DNA of 64,000 nucleotides from Octopus vulgaris (taxonomy: Eukaryota), in the NCBI GenBank assembly GCA_951406725.2, contig OX597819.1:101494001-101558000 (forward strand), read 5' to 3'. The position numbers and the translations under genes were made by a program. Within the stretch, counting starts at the first letter, position 1. Every line of letters begins with the position of its first letter. The notes below the pieces were generated by a model, which saw only the letters and a list, made by a program, of their open reading frames with translations, had not been told where the DNA came from and ran no database searches. Positions 25,740 through 38,763 of this stretch are shown in pieces.

Positions 25740-26496
25740 GTATATCTGTCAATGTAATCATGTATACGTATCTATCCATATCTGGTAAGGACTCTGCAAC
25801 CAGAGATGACGTGGTCAACAGCCTCATTATGTTGGTTGGGCATTTTTCATAAGTTGCTAGGTTGCACCTTTACTATTGTCATCTCATAAATCTTTACGGA
25901 TAGGCATTGATCTTGTGCTGCGAAAACCAATCCACCCGTTTCTCTTTTTGTCCGAATGTTTAGAATGTTTACTACTCTGTCGAACGTTGCGGGCTATTGG
26001 TCGTGGAGTTTTTTATTTTTCTTTCCATTTATTCTTTAATATCTTTTGTAATGCTGTTTTCATGTTGTTTTAGGTATCTTTAATCTTCTCTGCTGTGTAG
26101 TTATTTAAATTTATCTTCTGGTGCAGTTTGTATCTGGTTGTACTTTCTTGCTGCATTGTGTATAAATAAATAATTTTTCCATGTTTATTCAATTTATCAG
26201 CCTTCTAATTTTTCTTTAGTCTTCCAGTCTGAATTGTTATTTTACTAAAGCTTTCAGTCTGCGTCAGGCCACGTCCTCTTCATGTAGGTATATTCTGTCT
26301 ATGTTTGTATCAGAATGGTAGCTTCAGGACGCAATCAGTATTTGCCTGTTTCCTGTTTAAATTTTTCAACTCACTTAGCCTCCAGTTTATCACATTGAAG
26401 CTGGAATTTATAAGTAGAATGGTTAGTGTATTTATACCTATCAACTTATTGTTAGCATTGTGTTTAGTTCCTATTTATTTCTTTTTTATTCATATC

Positions 26497-26690
26497 AAAG
26501 AGAGGACAAACAAGGACACAAACGGATGAAGTCAATTATATCGACCCCAGTGCGTAACTGGTACTTATTTAATCGACCCCGAAAGGATGAAAGGCAAAGT
26601 GGACCTCGGCGGAATTTGAACTCAGAACGTAACGACAGACGAAATACAGCTACGCATTTCGCCCGACGTGCTAACGTTTCTGCCAGCTCA
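26497..26690 (-). mobile_element. Family D SINE, extreme 3' tail missing
   Basis: Near-identical reverse complement of about 25515-25705. Confidence 0.9.
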
Positions 26691-27224
26691 CAAGAACAAC
26701 ACAAGCTCTAATAAGCATTCACAAGAGTGGAAGCCACTAGCACAATAAAAACAACAGACATCGGCAGTCATGGAAGCACTGGGAAACTTGGAGAGAAAAT
26801 TCTTGAAATGCTGAGTGACAATCTTCACAACACAAACTTCCATTACTAGTACAAATAAGACGTTTACTAGTCAAGCAGCTTTGACTTTCAGCCTCCTGTT
26901 CCTCTTTTCACTTTCTCGACTTCTCCAAGCTCTTCTCGAATGAAGAAGAGAGGAGGAGGAGGAGCGGTAGTCACATAGAACGGTCTTCCACCCTACAACA
27001 CAAACCATTACTATTTCCTTCGGGTTGGTTCCATGCTTTCTCCACTCATGCATTCCTAGCTGTTTCGTCTCCTTTTCATTCTTTAGTCATTCTATACACA
27101 CAGTTTCACTGTCCACGTATTGCTGATTTGTGGAGTAATATCAATCATTTTCTTTCATTGCGCTACACATTTTTGTCAGAATTCGTCGGCACAGCCAAAC
27201 GTATAGGGAAAATTATGATATTCG

Positions 27225-27298
27225 AGTTACACTGCGGCACACCTAGCATCGTCTCGTAGCATACCAGTGTGCCACGACATACCAGTTGCGGAGCACTG
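27225..27298. mobile_element. hAT (Charlie/Buster-like) terminus
   Basis: gcggcacacc...gtgtgccacgacataccagttgcggagcactg resembles Charlie-type subterminal sequence plus TIR. Confidence 0.45.
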
Positions 27299-28429
27299 CT
27301 CTAAATTAAACATGGGGCAGGATGAACCTACTTCAAAATGCTCCTACATAGACAATACCTCAAAATCTGAACAGAGAAGAATTAGACGATAAATGTCGAC
27401 ATTGGCTAGGAAGCGTTAGAATCAAAGCAGAGAGACAATGGTTCATTATTGAGGTGCATCATCAAAGCTTACTCAACAGAAATGTAGAAAAAGAAAATGA
27501 AATAAGCTCAGGATGTGGTGACATAAATAATTGGAAGTGTCATAAGATAATACTGATGAAACTAATAATAAAAAGAAATCACTAACGTCATGAGAAAAAG
27601 GGAAAAACTTATACACCTAGATATGTAATGATCTAAAGAAAGACGGTAGTGGAGAGGAATTAGCCGGGGATGGCCATGTCCTGTAGAAAAAGAGTAGCAA
27701 CATGTTTGAGTGTCAGCGTTGCATGTATTTCATTCTGTTTGTTATGTACATTTGTGAACGTGGGAATGCGTATATAAAGAAAAGGGTATGTTTAGCAATG
27801 CGCATGCGTGTGGACATGAGTATGAATACTATTTAAGTGCTTCTGACAAACTTCTGAAGCAGAAAAAGGACACTTCATTCCCATTCATATATAGCAATGT
27901 ACTATATACACTGATATTCATTGACATACATTTTCACGCTCATACACACACTCACGCACGAACGCATATACACATACACACTACGCACGCGCACACGCAT
28001 ACACACACACACGTGCACACACACATATTTTTATGTATTCTTATATATATATATATATATATAAATTTAAAAACACATACGCAATTATGTAGAAATGTAT
28101 GTGGGATATATGTGTGTGTGTGCGTCTTATCTGTGCGTGTGCATATGCATGTGGTTATGTATGCGTGTATGCATGTGTGAGTGTGCAGATAATTCTTGAA
28201 AAGAAATTGAATAATAGAGAAGACAAAAAAGAAAACAACATTCTTAAAATATTCTCAAAGGATTTTATTTTTTAGATTGATTTTAATTTTTTTTTCTCTT
28301 CATTTTTTTCCACGCATGATTTCGTAATGTGAGAGCAAATTAGTTTAAAAACGTACAACAGTATGAAACACCATATAAATAAACAAATAAAAAACGCACA
28401 CACATATATACATACATACATATATACAT

Positions 28430-28527
<98 letters not shown>

Positions 28528-28890
28528 GTATGTATGTACGTACATATACAATATATAAATTTTAAAACCATCCAAAGAAATAAGAAAAATAGGATAAAAA
28601 AGTAAGGAAGTATTTATAATAACAAATATGACAAGTTTTCTCAGAAGCTTTGCAAAAACAATGGAGCAGAATTTGCTAATTATTCGTGACAATGCTCATG
28701 TCATCACGTGGGAACTTTCAGGAAATGTGACACGCAAGTTGAGCTAATGTTGCAGCTATATGTTTACAAACATCCATACTAACACTGCTCTAACCTGCAT
28801 AACAAATATCTGTCTTACAATGAATTGTTTTACCCCGCACCAAATTGCTCTGCCGCTGCCTTCACTTGGGTATAAGAATATATCTATATA

Positions 28891-29108
28891 CGAGAGGGTA
28901 CTGAAAGGATCCTGGTTTTCGATAAAAGAAGATACTGGAGGTTCAATTAATTATGATTTTATCCAACATAGTTGAATAACAACAAAATTTCCATGCATCG
29001 TCCTTCAGTTTTTCTAAGCCCTACATCAAGGCCCTTCAGTTTCTCTGAGGCCTCCAGCCAGGCCTTTCGCGAAACCCCGAAATCTAGGAACTTTTCAACA
29101 CCTCCTTG
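28891..29108. mobile_element. Mariner-type MITE
   Basis: Imperfect ~25-bp TIRs CGAGAGGGTACTGAAAGGATCCTGG / CTAGGAACTTTTCAACACCTCCTTG flanked by TA. Confidence 0.7.
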
Positions 29109-29152
29109 TATGTATATATGAATGTGTGTGGGGTGTGTGTGTATACGTGTAT

Positions 29153-29206
<54 letters not shown>

Positions 29207-29400
29207 CTGTGTGTGAATTTTATCTTTCGAATTTCTCACAAACGGACAGAAAGCTGATGTCTAACCGAGAAAAGAACTCTTTCGATGAAATCTTTATAAC
29301 ATCAAAGTCGGCAGCTTGAATATATGTACTCTTTCACAAACACACACACATACAGACACGCACACACACACACACACATACAGACACACACACACATACA

Positions 29401-29476
<76 letters not shown>

Positions 29477-31195
29477 ATTGTAATATCAAAGCTGCAGCAG
29501 TATGAGAAGAATTTAGTCGTAGCCTGGTTGAATTACAACAAATTTCCACTCGTAGATGTTAAAGGTCCTCTAGCTTGCTTATGTCCTCTTGCTTGCTAAA
29601 TTTCAGAGCCCGTAACTGAAGCCACAGACATATATGTATGCATGTTTGTATGTATGTATGTATGTATGTATGTATGTATGTATGTATGTGTGAATGTGTG
29701 TATGTATGTATGTATGTGTGTATATACATACAACACACACGCGCGCACGCACACACATACACTCAAACGCACACTCACACACACACATACATACATACAT
29801 ACATACATACATACATACATACATACATGTGTGTGCCCTTTTTATTTTTTACCCACACCGCTTGGCAACTGGTTAGTTTGTTTACGTAATTCTTGGACCT
29901 GTGAAACAGTAAGATTTTTGGACACCAAATTGATAGCAAAGTTCGATAAAATTATCCAGGAAAGAAGTTCAGGTTATTTTCCTCCAGTTTATTTTTTAAC
30001 CAGATGAAACGGTAAAGGTTTTGTTGGTGCTTATCAATCTGAAAACTTTTATATCACTGTCTCGACTATATCACCATCAATATTGTATATTTTTGATATG
30101 ATACAAGTAAATTAGTTCTTTATGATTTCGTTTAACCATGTCCTGAATGGTCGCCTTTTTTTCACAAAAAATGGTTTGGGGGAATTGCTCCATAACATCT
30201 TGGGAAAGACTGACCCTGATTCTTATTGACTACGTGCTTCTAGCACTTCTTTCTCTACAGCTTGCTTACTAGCAATTGAGGTCTGTTTAGTTGACAAACT
30301 ACATGACCGCAGTCCAATGAGCGAAACAAGTTAAAGGTGAAATGTAAGGTAACCAGAAATATGCTTTCTAAACTACATAAATTGGATGGTTTTAGTCAGT
30401 TATATGAGCCATATGAAAGTTAATCTTCAGTTAAATAAGAACAAAAGGCTCCAATAAAGAAAAATATACCCTGCTAGAAACATCATTAGGGCTAAACAAC
30501 AAAAACAAGGACGACCAGAACGACGAAAGCAAGAGGAAAAAGAAAACAAGGCTAATCTGCATATCTCCAGAAAACAGGTATCTAATTAGACGAAATTCTT
30601 CACTCTGTTATTGAAACTGTAATATCTAAAAGTGTGGAAAGTCGTCTCGTCATCTCAGTTGAAGGCGAGTGATGAATATGTCTCGAGTACAAAAAGATCG
30701 ATAGGAATTTAAATGTTGCTCGACTTCGTATATTTTTCACGTTTCTTGATTAAAATTATATTACGTATTTATACATTTGTTTATTTCTTGATTTTTCTGT
30801 TGATTGATTTTGCTTCAAATATTGATTCCGTTTATTTCATTATCTTATATTCTCAGCTAATTATGTTAGTAACAGGTCATGTTAAATTCATCGTCTTTTA
30901 TTATTCGCCTTATGTATATTGGAAAGATTTTTATAAACTTTCTCTTTCATATGCCGCACCTTCATAAATACATACATCATTAATACGTAAATAAAAGCAC
31001 GCGCAGACGCACAACACACACAAACGCACACGCACACAGGCACACGTACACACAAACACACACACGTACACTCACACACACACAAATGTACAAAGACTCG
31101 ACAAAAAATAAAATATTCGAACATAACCATACATATATAGTCATACAACATACGCACCACGACACGAACTTACATGTCACATATATATCTATCTG

Positions 31196-31264
<69 letters not shown>

Positions 31265-31272
31265 TTATTTAC

Positions 31273-31314
<42 letters not shown>

Positions 31315-31326
31315 GTCTATCTATCA

Positions 31327-31359
<33 letters not shown>

Positions 31360-31877
31360 CCTGTTTATCTATATATCTATCGATCGATCTATCTATATAT
31401 CTATCTAACTATTTGTCTGTCTCGTATAGAGATATAGATATGTACATATATATGCATATACATAAATATATATACATACATATATATACATATACATACA
31501 TACATACATATATATATATGTATATGATACTCACACACACTCACACACGCTTATACATGATTGTATCATCATACGTACTTCCAATATTTATCATCTTAAC
31601 TTTTCTCATACTTCCATCATTTGACATAATATCACTAATTACTTTGAAAATTCTCCTTCATGTACACACAGTATTTCTCAAAGTTTCCTCTTTAAGCTCT
31701 CATCCGTTCACTTCTTTCACTCATACATATAAACGCATGATATATTTATACACGCTTTTTAATACACCCAAATTCACACACATGCATACATACACGTGCA
31801 GGTTAAATGAACATACATACATATTTATATATATATTATATACATGTATATACATATATATACGTGTATATATATAC

Positions 31878-31931
<54 letters not shown>

Positions 31932-31936
31932 TGTGT

Positions 31937-32190
31937 GTGGAGGCGCGTGGCTTAGTGGTTAGTGTGTCAGCATCAGGATCGTAAGATTCTGGTTTCGATT
32001 GCTGGACCGGGGGACGCGTTGTGTTCTTGATCAAAACACTTAATTTCACGTTGCTCCAGTCCACGCAGCTGGCAAAAATGAGTAACGCTGCAATGGCCAA
32101 GCGACCTGTCCAGATGGGGAACATATACGCCATAGAAACCGGGAAAGCGGGCCCATAAGCCTGGCTAGGCTTTAAAAGAGTGCATTTATT
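31937..32190 (+). mobile_element. Family B SINE, full length
   Basis: tRNA head, CORE/V-like centre, tail ggctaggctttaaaagagtgcatttattt. Confidence 0.88.
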
Positions 32191-32200
32191 TTATATATAT

Positions 32201-32240
<40 letters not shown>

Positions 32241-32242
<2 letters not shown>

Positions 32243-32449
32243 TAATCCAAACATGAAAACAAAAAGAGAAAACACAACAACGCGAGGACGTGGAACAAGT
32301 ATAGCATTATTGGACGCTCAGGAAAGAAGGAAAGAAGGAGGGTTTAACGTTTCGAGCGGAGCTCTTCGTCAGAAACATAGGAAAAGGAAAGATCCAAAGA
32401 AGGGAAGACGGAGGAAAAATTTGCCAACGGTACACACGCGGTCACATTT

Positions 32450-32451
<2 letters not shown>
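32241..32451 (-). mobile_element. ~210-bp hammerhead-bearing non-coding element (PLE-terminal/retrozyme-like), in (TA)n
   Basis: Same boundaries as the copy at 53131-53337; contains a hammerhead core. Confidence 0.8.
32342..32376 (-). ncRNA. Minimal type I hammerhead ribozyme, intact core
   Basis: GTTT-CTGACGA-A-GAGC-tcc-GCTC-GAA-ACGT-T-AAAC: stem I GTTT/AAAC, stem II GAGC/GCTC, palindromic ACGT stem III, NUH = GUU. Confidence 0.75.
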
Positions 32452-32535
<84 letters not shown>

Positions 32536-32539
<4 letters not shown>

Positions 32540-33421
32540 GTCATCCTATAAATAATGCCACGAAATGAAGACAGACAAATTTCTTTCTGAATCTAAAATA
32601 CACTCTCTTTCATTTTCTACAACGCTCTTCCATCTATCTGTTAGACTCACGGGCCTCTCTTCCAAAATTCACTTGACCGTTACGAAAAATACTCCTCCAG
32701 TACTTTTCTGACCTCGTCTGCAGAATTCATATTTTTTCCATCCAAAGACTGCGGAAAAAATGATAATCAGATGGGGCAATGTGCGGCGAATAATGTGGGT
32801 AGGACATCGTTTCCCGTTGAAACTGCTCCAGCTTTGGGATTGTCACCCTCGCTGTATGTGGCTGAGCATTATTCTGATAGAAGAGCACCTTTCGTCATGA
32901 AACCAGAGATGGTCGCGTTCATCTTGCGCAGGTGTCGATGAATGGTTGGATAACCAAACTCAAGCTTGTGTGCTAGTTCCTCAACAGTTATGATGGGATT
33001 TTGTTCTAACAGGGTTTGCAAGACGTCCTCATCGAGTTCCACAGATCTTCCAGGACGCTGCTCGTCTTCTAGGTGTAGTTTCGGCTCGGAATTTCTGGAA
33101 CCACTGTTGACACTGTCTTACGCCTATTGTCCGATCTCCATATACTGCATCACTATCCCTCGCACTTTCCGTTGCGTTGTTGCCTTCAATGAACTATTAA
33201 AGAAAATGATACCGAACATGGTCCTTTGTCATTTCCATTATAGCTTTGAAAAAATAACTGTTAAAATCGAAATGCACTCTTCAAAACTAGCACTCAGATA
33301 AAGGACAAGGTATAATTAGTACCCGCTTTTATAGCAAGTTGATAGAGGTAGTTTATCCCGTCCTTCTCCGACTTTAATACACGCAATTGAAAAAAAACGC
33401 ATTATTTATGCGATGGCCAAA
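32536..33421 (-). mobile_element. Internally deleted mariner transposon
   Basis: 23-bp TIRs (19/23 match) with TA flanks. Decayed transposase from ATG 33238: MEMTKDHVR...GNNATESAR...QWFQKFR...RPGRS...NAQPH...YSPHIAPSDYHFFRSL (mariner YSPDLAPSD motif). The central part is missing. Confidence 0.9.
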
Positions 33422-34094
33422 TACATTCATTCATACAAAGCACATAAGTATATACGTACATACATGCATATACAAATATATGTATATATGAATTTAACAC
33501 ACAAACTCACTGTTTATTATCCACAAACATGCATGCAAGCCCGCACTCGCGCACAGACACACAAATATGTAAATATAGCAAAATCCCACATATGTAACAT
33601 AGCGAGTTAAGAATTTCGTTTAGTGAAGATTATCATTACAATTATAGGACACAATATTCTGTAGCGTATTTCAAATCTAAAGACAACAAACAAGAGTGAT
33701 AACTCCATTAATATCACTTAATCCAGATACTTGACAAGTAACGAGAAAGCAGTTAGGGGTGTACGTTGTGACAAAATCCAAAAAGTGAACGGGGCGGAAA
33801 ATGTTTCGATTTAATTTGATCTCATCAGACAACATTGCAAGTTCTTTTTTAATGATAATGTAGATTGCTTGCATAGGAGAAATATATTTCTTGAATTTTG
33901 ATCCCTTGTTATTTATATAACGCCGAAAATGGATTCAAAAGTATTTCTTTTGACCTGTTTGTGTGTCATCAGTAGAATTCGGAATATATTATTGACATCA
34001 TATTACATAAGAGGTGGGAAAATAATAAATGAAAATGAAGAGAGTTTATTATAAAGTACAAATACGCCCTGATGAGCTTTTAGTCTTATGAACA

Positions 34095-34375
34095 GAAACC
34101 AGAGTTAATTTTTTAAGCCTAGCACTTATTTCATCGAATAGTGTTGCTGAACCACTAGGTTACTGGAACGTAACACACCAATACTATTTGTCAAGCGGTG
34201 GTGAGGGACAAACACAAAAGCATAAACAAACACACACACTCACACACACACACACACACACGAACGATGGGCGACGTTCAATTTCCGCCTGCGAAATTCA
34301 AGCAGTCGGCTCTGGTCGACGCCAGATTATAGAAGAAGACGCTTGTCCAAATTTGTTACCACACAGCGACACATA
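34095..34375 (-). mobile_element. Family C SINE, degraded
   Basis: agcctagcacttatt...tgtcaagcg...(CA)n...ggtcgacgccagattatagaagaagacgcttgtccaa. Confidence 0.75.
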
Positions 34376-35064
34376 AAAAAAGGAACTTGCTATGTTTTCT
34401 CATGAGATCAAATTCACTCGATGCGTTTTCCGTCCAGTTCACTTTTTGGCTTTTGACGCAACATACATTGCTAACTGCTTCATTAACTTATAGTAGTGTA
34501 AATTACAAATAAATCATTTACCATTCCTGCCACTCTATATGTAAGTTGAAAATATTCGATCTATTCTATGCTGTCTTCTCCGAGTTAGTGATTAAGCAGA
34601 TACATAGGTACTTGAATTACTTTTCAAATTGCAGGCTCATTTCAGATGAGTCATTCATTTTTTCCTTTTTTTTTTTTCTTTTGCAAGGTGAGAAAAAGAG
34701 AAATCAAGCTTGAAAGTTAAATACTCGTTAACGAAATTAAATACACTTAATATTCAATTAGATTTAATTAGACTTCAACTACGACATTGACAGTATTAAC
34801 ATTCGTAAACAGGACAGTTTTGAAGTTGTTGTGTCTCGTCAGTATAAATCAATTAGCTGTAGATTAGTTACGTTAAATTTGACGAAAAACGGAAATATAT
34901 GTATATATTGATACAAAAAGGTAGAAATATCATATATAAGGATTTGAAGAAAATAATTCATACATACATGCATACGTATAGAAATACAAATATACATACA
35001 CACATAAAATATATATATATACATTCAGACTCACATACACACACATATATGTGTGTGTGTGTGA

Positions 35065-35121
<57 letters not shown>

Positions 35122-35127
35122 CACATA

Positions 35128-35508
35128 TTCTTTTGTTCTTTTATTCTTTTACTTATTTCAGTCATTTGACTGTGACCATGCTGGAGCACTGCCTTTAGTC
35201 GAACAAATCGACTCCAGGTTTTATTTTTTGTAAGACTAGTACTTATTCTATCGTCACTTTTGCCGAACGTTTAAGTTACTGGGACGTAAACACAACTACA
35301 TCGGTTGTCAAGTGAGGGTAGGGAACACACACACACACATATATATAGATATATATACGGCGGGCTTTTTTCAGTTTCCGTCTGCCAAATTCACTCACAA
35401 GGTTTTGGTCGGCCAAGGCTATAGTAAAAGAAACTAGCCCAAGGTGCAGCGCAGTTGAAATGAAACCAGAACCATGTGGTTGGGAGGCAATCTTCTTACC
35501 ACACAGCT
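35128..35508 (-). mobile_element. Family C SINE, full length
   Basis: Reverse complement homologous to 6869-7284. Confidence 0.9.
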
Positions 35509-35519
35509 TCGCTGAGTCT

Positions 35520-35805
35520 GCATGACTTACTGGTTAGGGTGTTGCACTCACGATCTGGCAGTCGTGAGTACAAGTCCGTCCTAGACCAGGTGATGCATGG
35601 CGTTCTTGAGCAAAAAGAAACACTTCATCTTACGTTGTTCTGCGATCACTGCGACACTTGACGCGTGGTATACGGCGCCTCGGTTCAGACAAAGTCGATT
35701 TGCTGGAGGGAATGAGCTAATGTGCTACACGAAAGTTTGATCATTATAAACAAAACATTTATGCAGGTCGTTCGACCAAGTATGAATACTCACCCGTCGT
35801 CTTTA
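35520..35805 (+). mobile_element. tRNA-derived SINE with a family B-like head and centre and a different tail
   Basis: tgacttactggttagggtgttgcactcacgatc...gttcttgagcaaa...cacttcatcttacgttg, then an unrelated 3' part. Confidence 0.65.
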
Positions 35806-36249
35806 GAGATACACAAACACAAAAAGCAAGATTCATATATTGGACAAAACCGCATATATATAGTACAACATACAGCCTCATTTTATCGCTGCCACTCACA
35901 TAGAAACTAGGACATACAAACACATACAGGTAGACAAAATTACAGAAAGAAATACGCATATTTATATTCATTAACAAGTACCCCGACATACAAAGACGTT
36001 TCTCTTTAATAACGTGTATATTTTCATACATTCATATAGAATATAAATACATTTTTACTCATCTTTATGTATGTATATATATATATATATATGTATGTAT
36101 CTATGTATATGATGGATTATCTTACAATCAACAACAAATGAGTGTTCAGTAAAATAAAACGTTAATCATGTCTTGTGGACGTGAATGTGTGTCTTGAGAG
36201 GCCTGCTGGTTCGTTGCAAACCTTTGGGCAAAAGAAACAAGTCGAGGAC

Positions 36250-36860
36250 TCAGTATAAGTGTTTGTGCATCATTTACTATGTGTTTACTTGAGTGGACGG
36301 ATCAGCCTGCTTTGCTTCTTTCCACAAAACCACAACGACATGCAAGGTTTCCATTTAGAGGAGCAGTGTTTTACCAGCGTTCATTCGTGCTTGCACGACG
36401 TTGCTTCCGATGCTGGAGTCGACTTTGCTCAAATCTTTGAACTGAGAAGAAGCAGGACTGCCACCGGGTCCTGCGTTCTGATGCTTTGTTTTCCCAGGAA
36501 AAAAATGGAATGTTGCGTCGCTACGGATTATCTTTTAGTTGGTCTTTGATGCGCAAGAGTAAGCTTCCGGGTGATCTTTCTGTTCTGAATTAACTAAAGA
36601 GAAGTTACTACAGAAATCTAACATCACACATATGTGAGAGATGACCTGACCGTCTAAGATGTATTTTGATGAGGATCGCTTCAGTACCTGATATGCTGCA
36701 TTTTCATAATACCTCATCGTTATGAATATGACAACTCGGGATTATGTTGGAGATAGCACGCAAGCATTGCATATGAAACGCGCGAAATTGGTTGATGTAC
36801 ATTCAGTACAAAGTCGAAGATTCAGCACCATGAAGTAATATTGTCAAGAGCACTGACTTA
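36250..36860 (-). mobile_element. RTE-clade LINE 3' fragment, decayed
   Basis: Minus-strand translation GAESSTLY..FRAFHMQCLRAI..NDEV, then WENKAS..RW..FEQSR..CRCG..SKAG..H, matching the RTE/BovB-type C-terminus. Confidence 0.7.
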
Positions 36861-37449
36861 TATACATGAACTTTCACCTTCTACGATACATCGTGACTGT
36901 TCCAAATTTGGAATATATATATATATATATATATAATACATATATAAACACACACACACTCACACACACACACACACACTCACACAACACACACTCACAC
37001 ACACATATATACATTTCTACAAGCCATTTCTCTCATCTCTGTCTTTTCTGGGTGCGACTTCTACTTAGCTGGGCTTAATACTACTCGCCTCGCGATATTT
37101 TTTTATCTATTCTAAAATGTTTTCCTCTTCTATTTATTCTAACTCCTTTCAAAATTTCTCACAGGCATTACCCATTACAATGCCTCTTAATGTTTACTCT
37201 GTATGTCCACTCAGCCGTTGATTGTTTGTCCGAAGCGATAACTCTCCACAAGTTATATATTTTTCAAATTTCTTGATGTTGTAGTTTTATCAAGGTTTCC
37301 TATCTTTCCGTTGAAAGCTAAAAATAGTAATTAACAGTCGACATCCTTTCGTGTATAAATACGTAAATTGTTTATAAACTATTATATTTGAAATTATGTT
37401 CTCTTTTGATTTATTACGCATGCTAGCTACTGGCATGAAAGTTTTCACA

Positions 37450-37537
<88 letters not shown>

Positions 37538-37604
37538 TGATAGAAATGACAAGACAACAAAAGAATGACAGAAACCTCGATATATGTAATATATGTAAAT
37601 AGAG

Positions 37605-37866
37605 GACTTTATCTGTAAATATAAATTGTGATAGTTATTCAGTAGCCATGATAAACTCAGCCGTCATTCTAATAATAGCTCTTTTGTCTTAATAACGGCC
37701 AATCACACAGTAATTACCCTTTGTTTAACGGTCATTTTCATAGCATTTCTTCGGTGGTCAGATAACTGAAGAGATGGCGGCGTGGGTTTCTACCTCGACA
37801 TCCGAAGCTCGGAGTTTTATCATGGCTACCGAATAATTGTTACATATTACATTTACAGATAAAGTC
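37605..37866. mobile_element. Fold-back element with ~54-bp imperfect inverted arms enclosing a hammerhead-like motif
   Basis: gactttatctgtaaat...tagccatgataaactc (37605-37658) versus gagttttatcatggcta...atttacagataaagtc (37812-37866). Confidence 0.75.
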
Positions 37867-37951
<85 letters not shown>

Positions 37952-38530
37952 TTATTTAGTTATTCACATTTACAGAGGTTTAAAACTACATACGTAGTCA
38001 GCTAATGAATTTACCGTCAGTACGTACGTCAATCACACACATTCACACCTGCATATTAACATATGCACTATCATATTAAACACTTTAAGCTCACACACAC
38101 ACACGCACACAAACTACATTTCTCTCTCGTTATCTATCATATGAATCTATCAAAACTTTTAATTTCAGTTACTAATTTCATTAAGTCGGTTCGAAATACT
38201 TTTTTAGGAAATTCCTGTAAATATAGCTCTCTATATATGCATGTAATAATATATATAGATGTATATAAATATACATCAGTGTGTGTGTATACATAGAAGG
38301 TATTTAATATAGCTTGTGAAAAATATTCCATTGATTTCTTTCGCTTTTAGAATCATTTTTATATCTTCATCGTTTTTCTCCTTCAATTCTGATTTTTTGT
38401 CCTCCCGTAGGTCTCCTCTTTGAAGGTTTACTTCAGTATATTTCTTGTTTATAGTTCTTTTAATGAAATTTAGCATTAATATTGAATCACCATGGACTGG
38501 AACATTATCTATCTATTTATCTATCTATTT

Positions 38531-38596
<66 letters not shown>

Positions 38597-38606
38597 CATC
38601 TACCTA

Positions 38607-38644
<38 letters not shown>

Positions 38645-38709
38645 CATACAGTATACAAACATATATATGTACGCATATTTATGCATTTATATCAATACGC
38701 ATACACATT

Positions 38710-38763
<54 letters not shown>

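Noticed and set aside
25200-27700. Possible PLE RT (minus) and RLE-LINE (plus) remnants around the SINEs
   Set aside because: The motifs are fragmentary and would need a profile search
34066-34100. CTGATGAG...GAAAC hammerhead candidate
   Set aside because: No consistent stem II or stem I pairing
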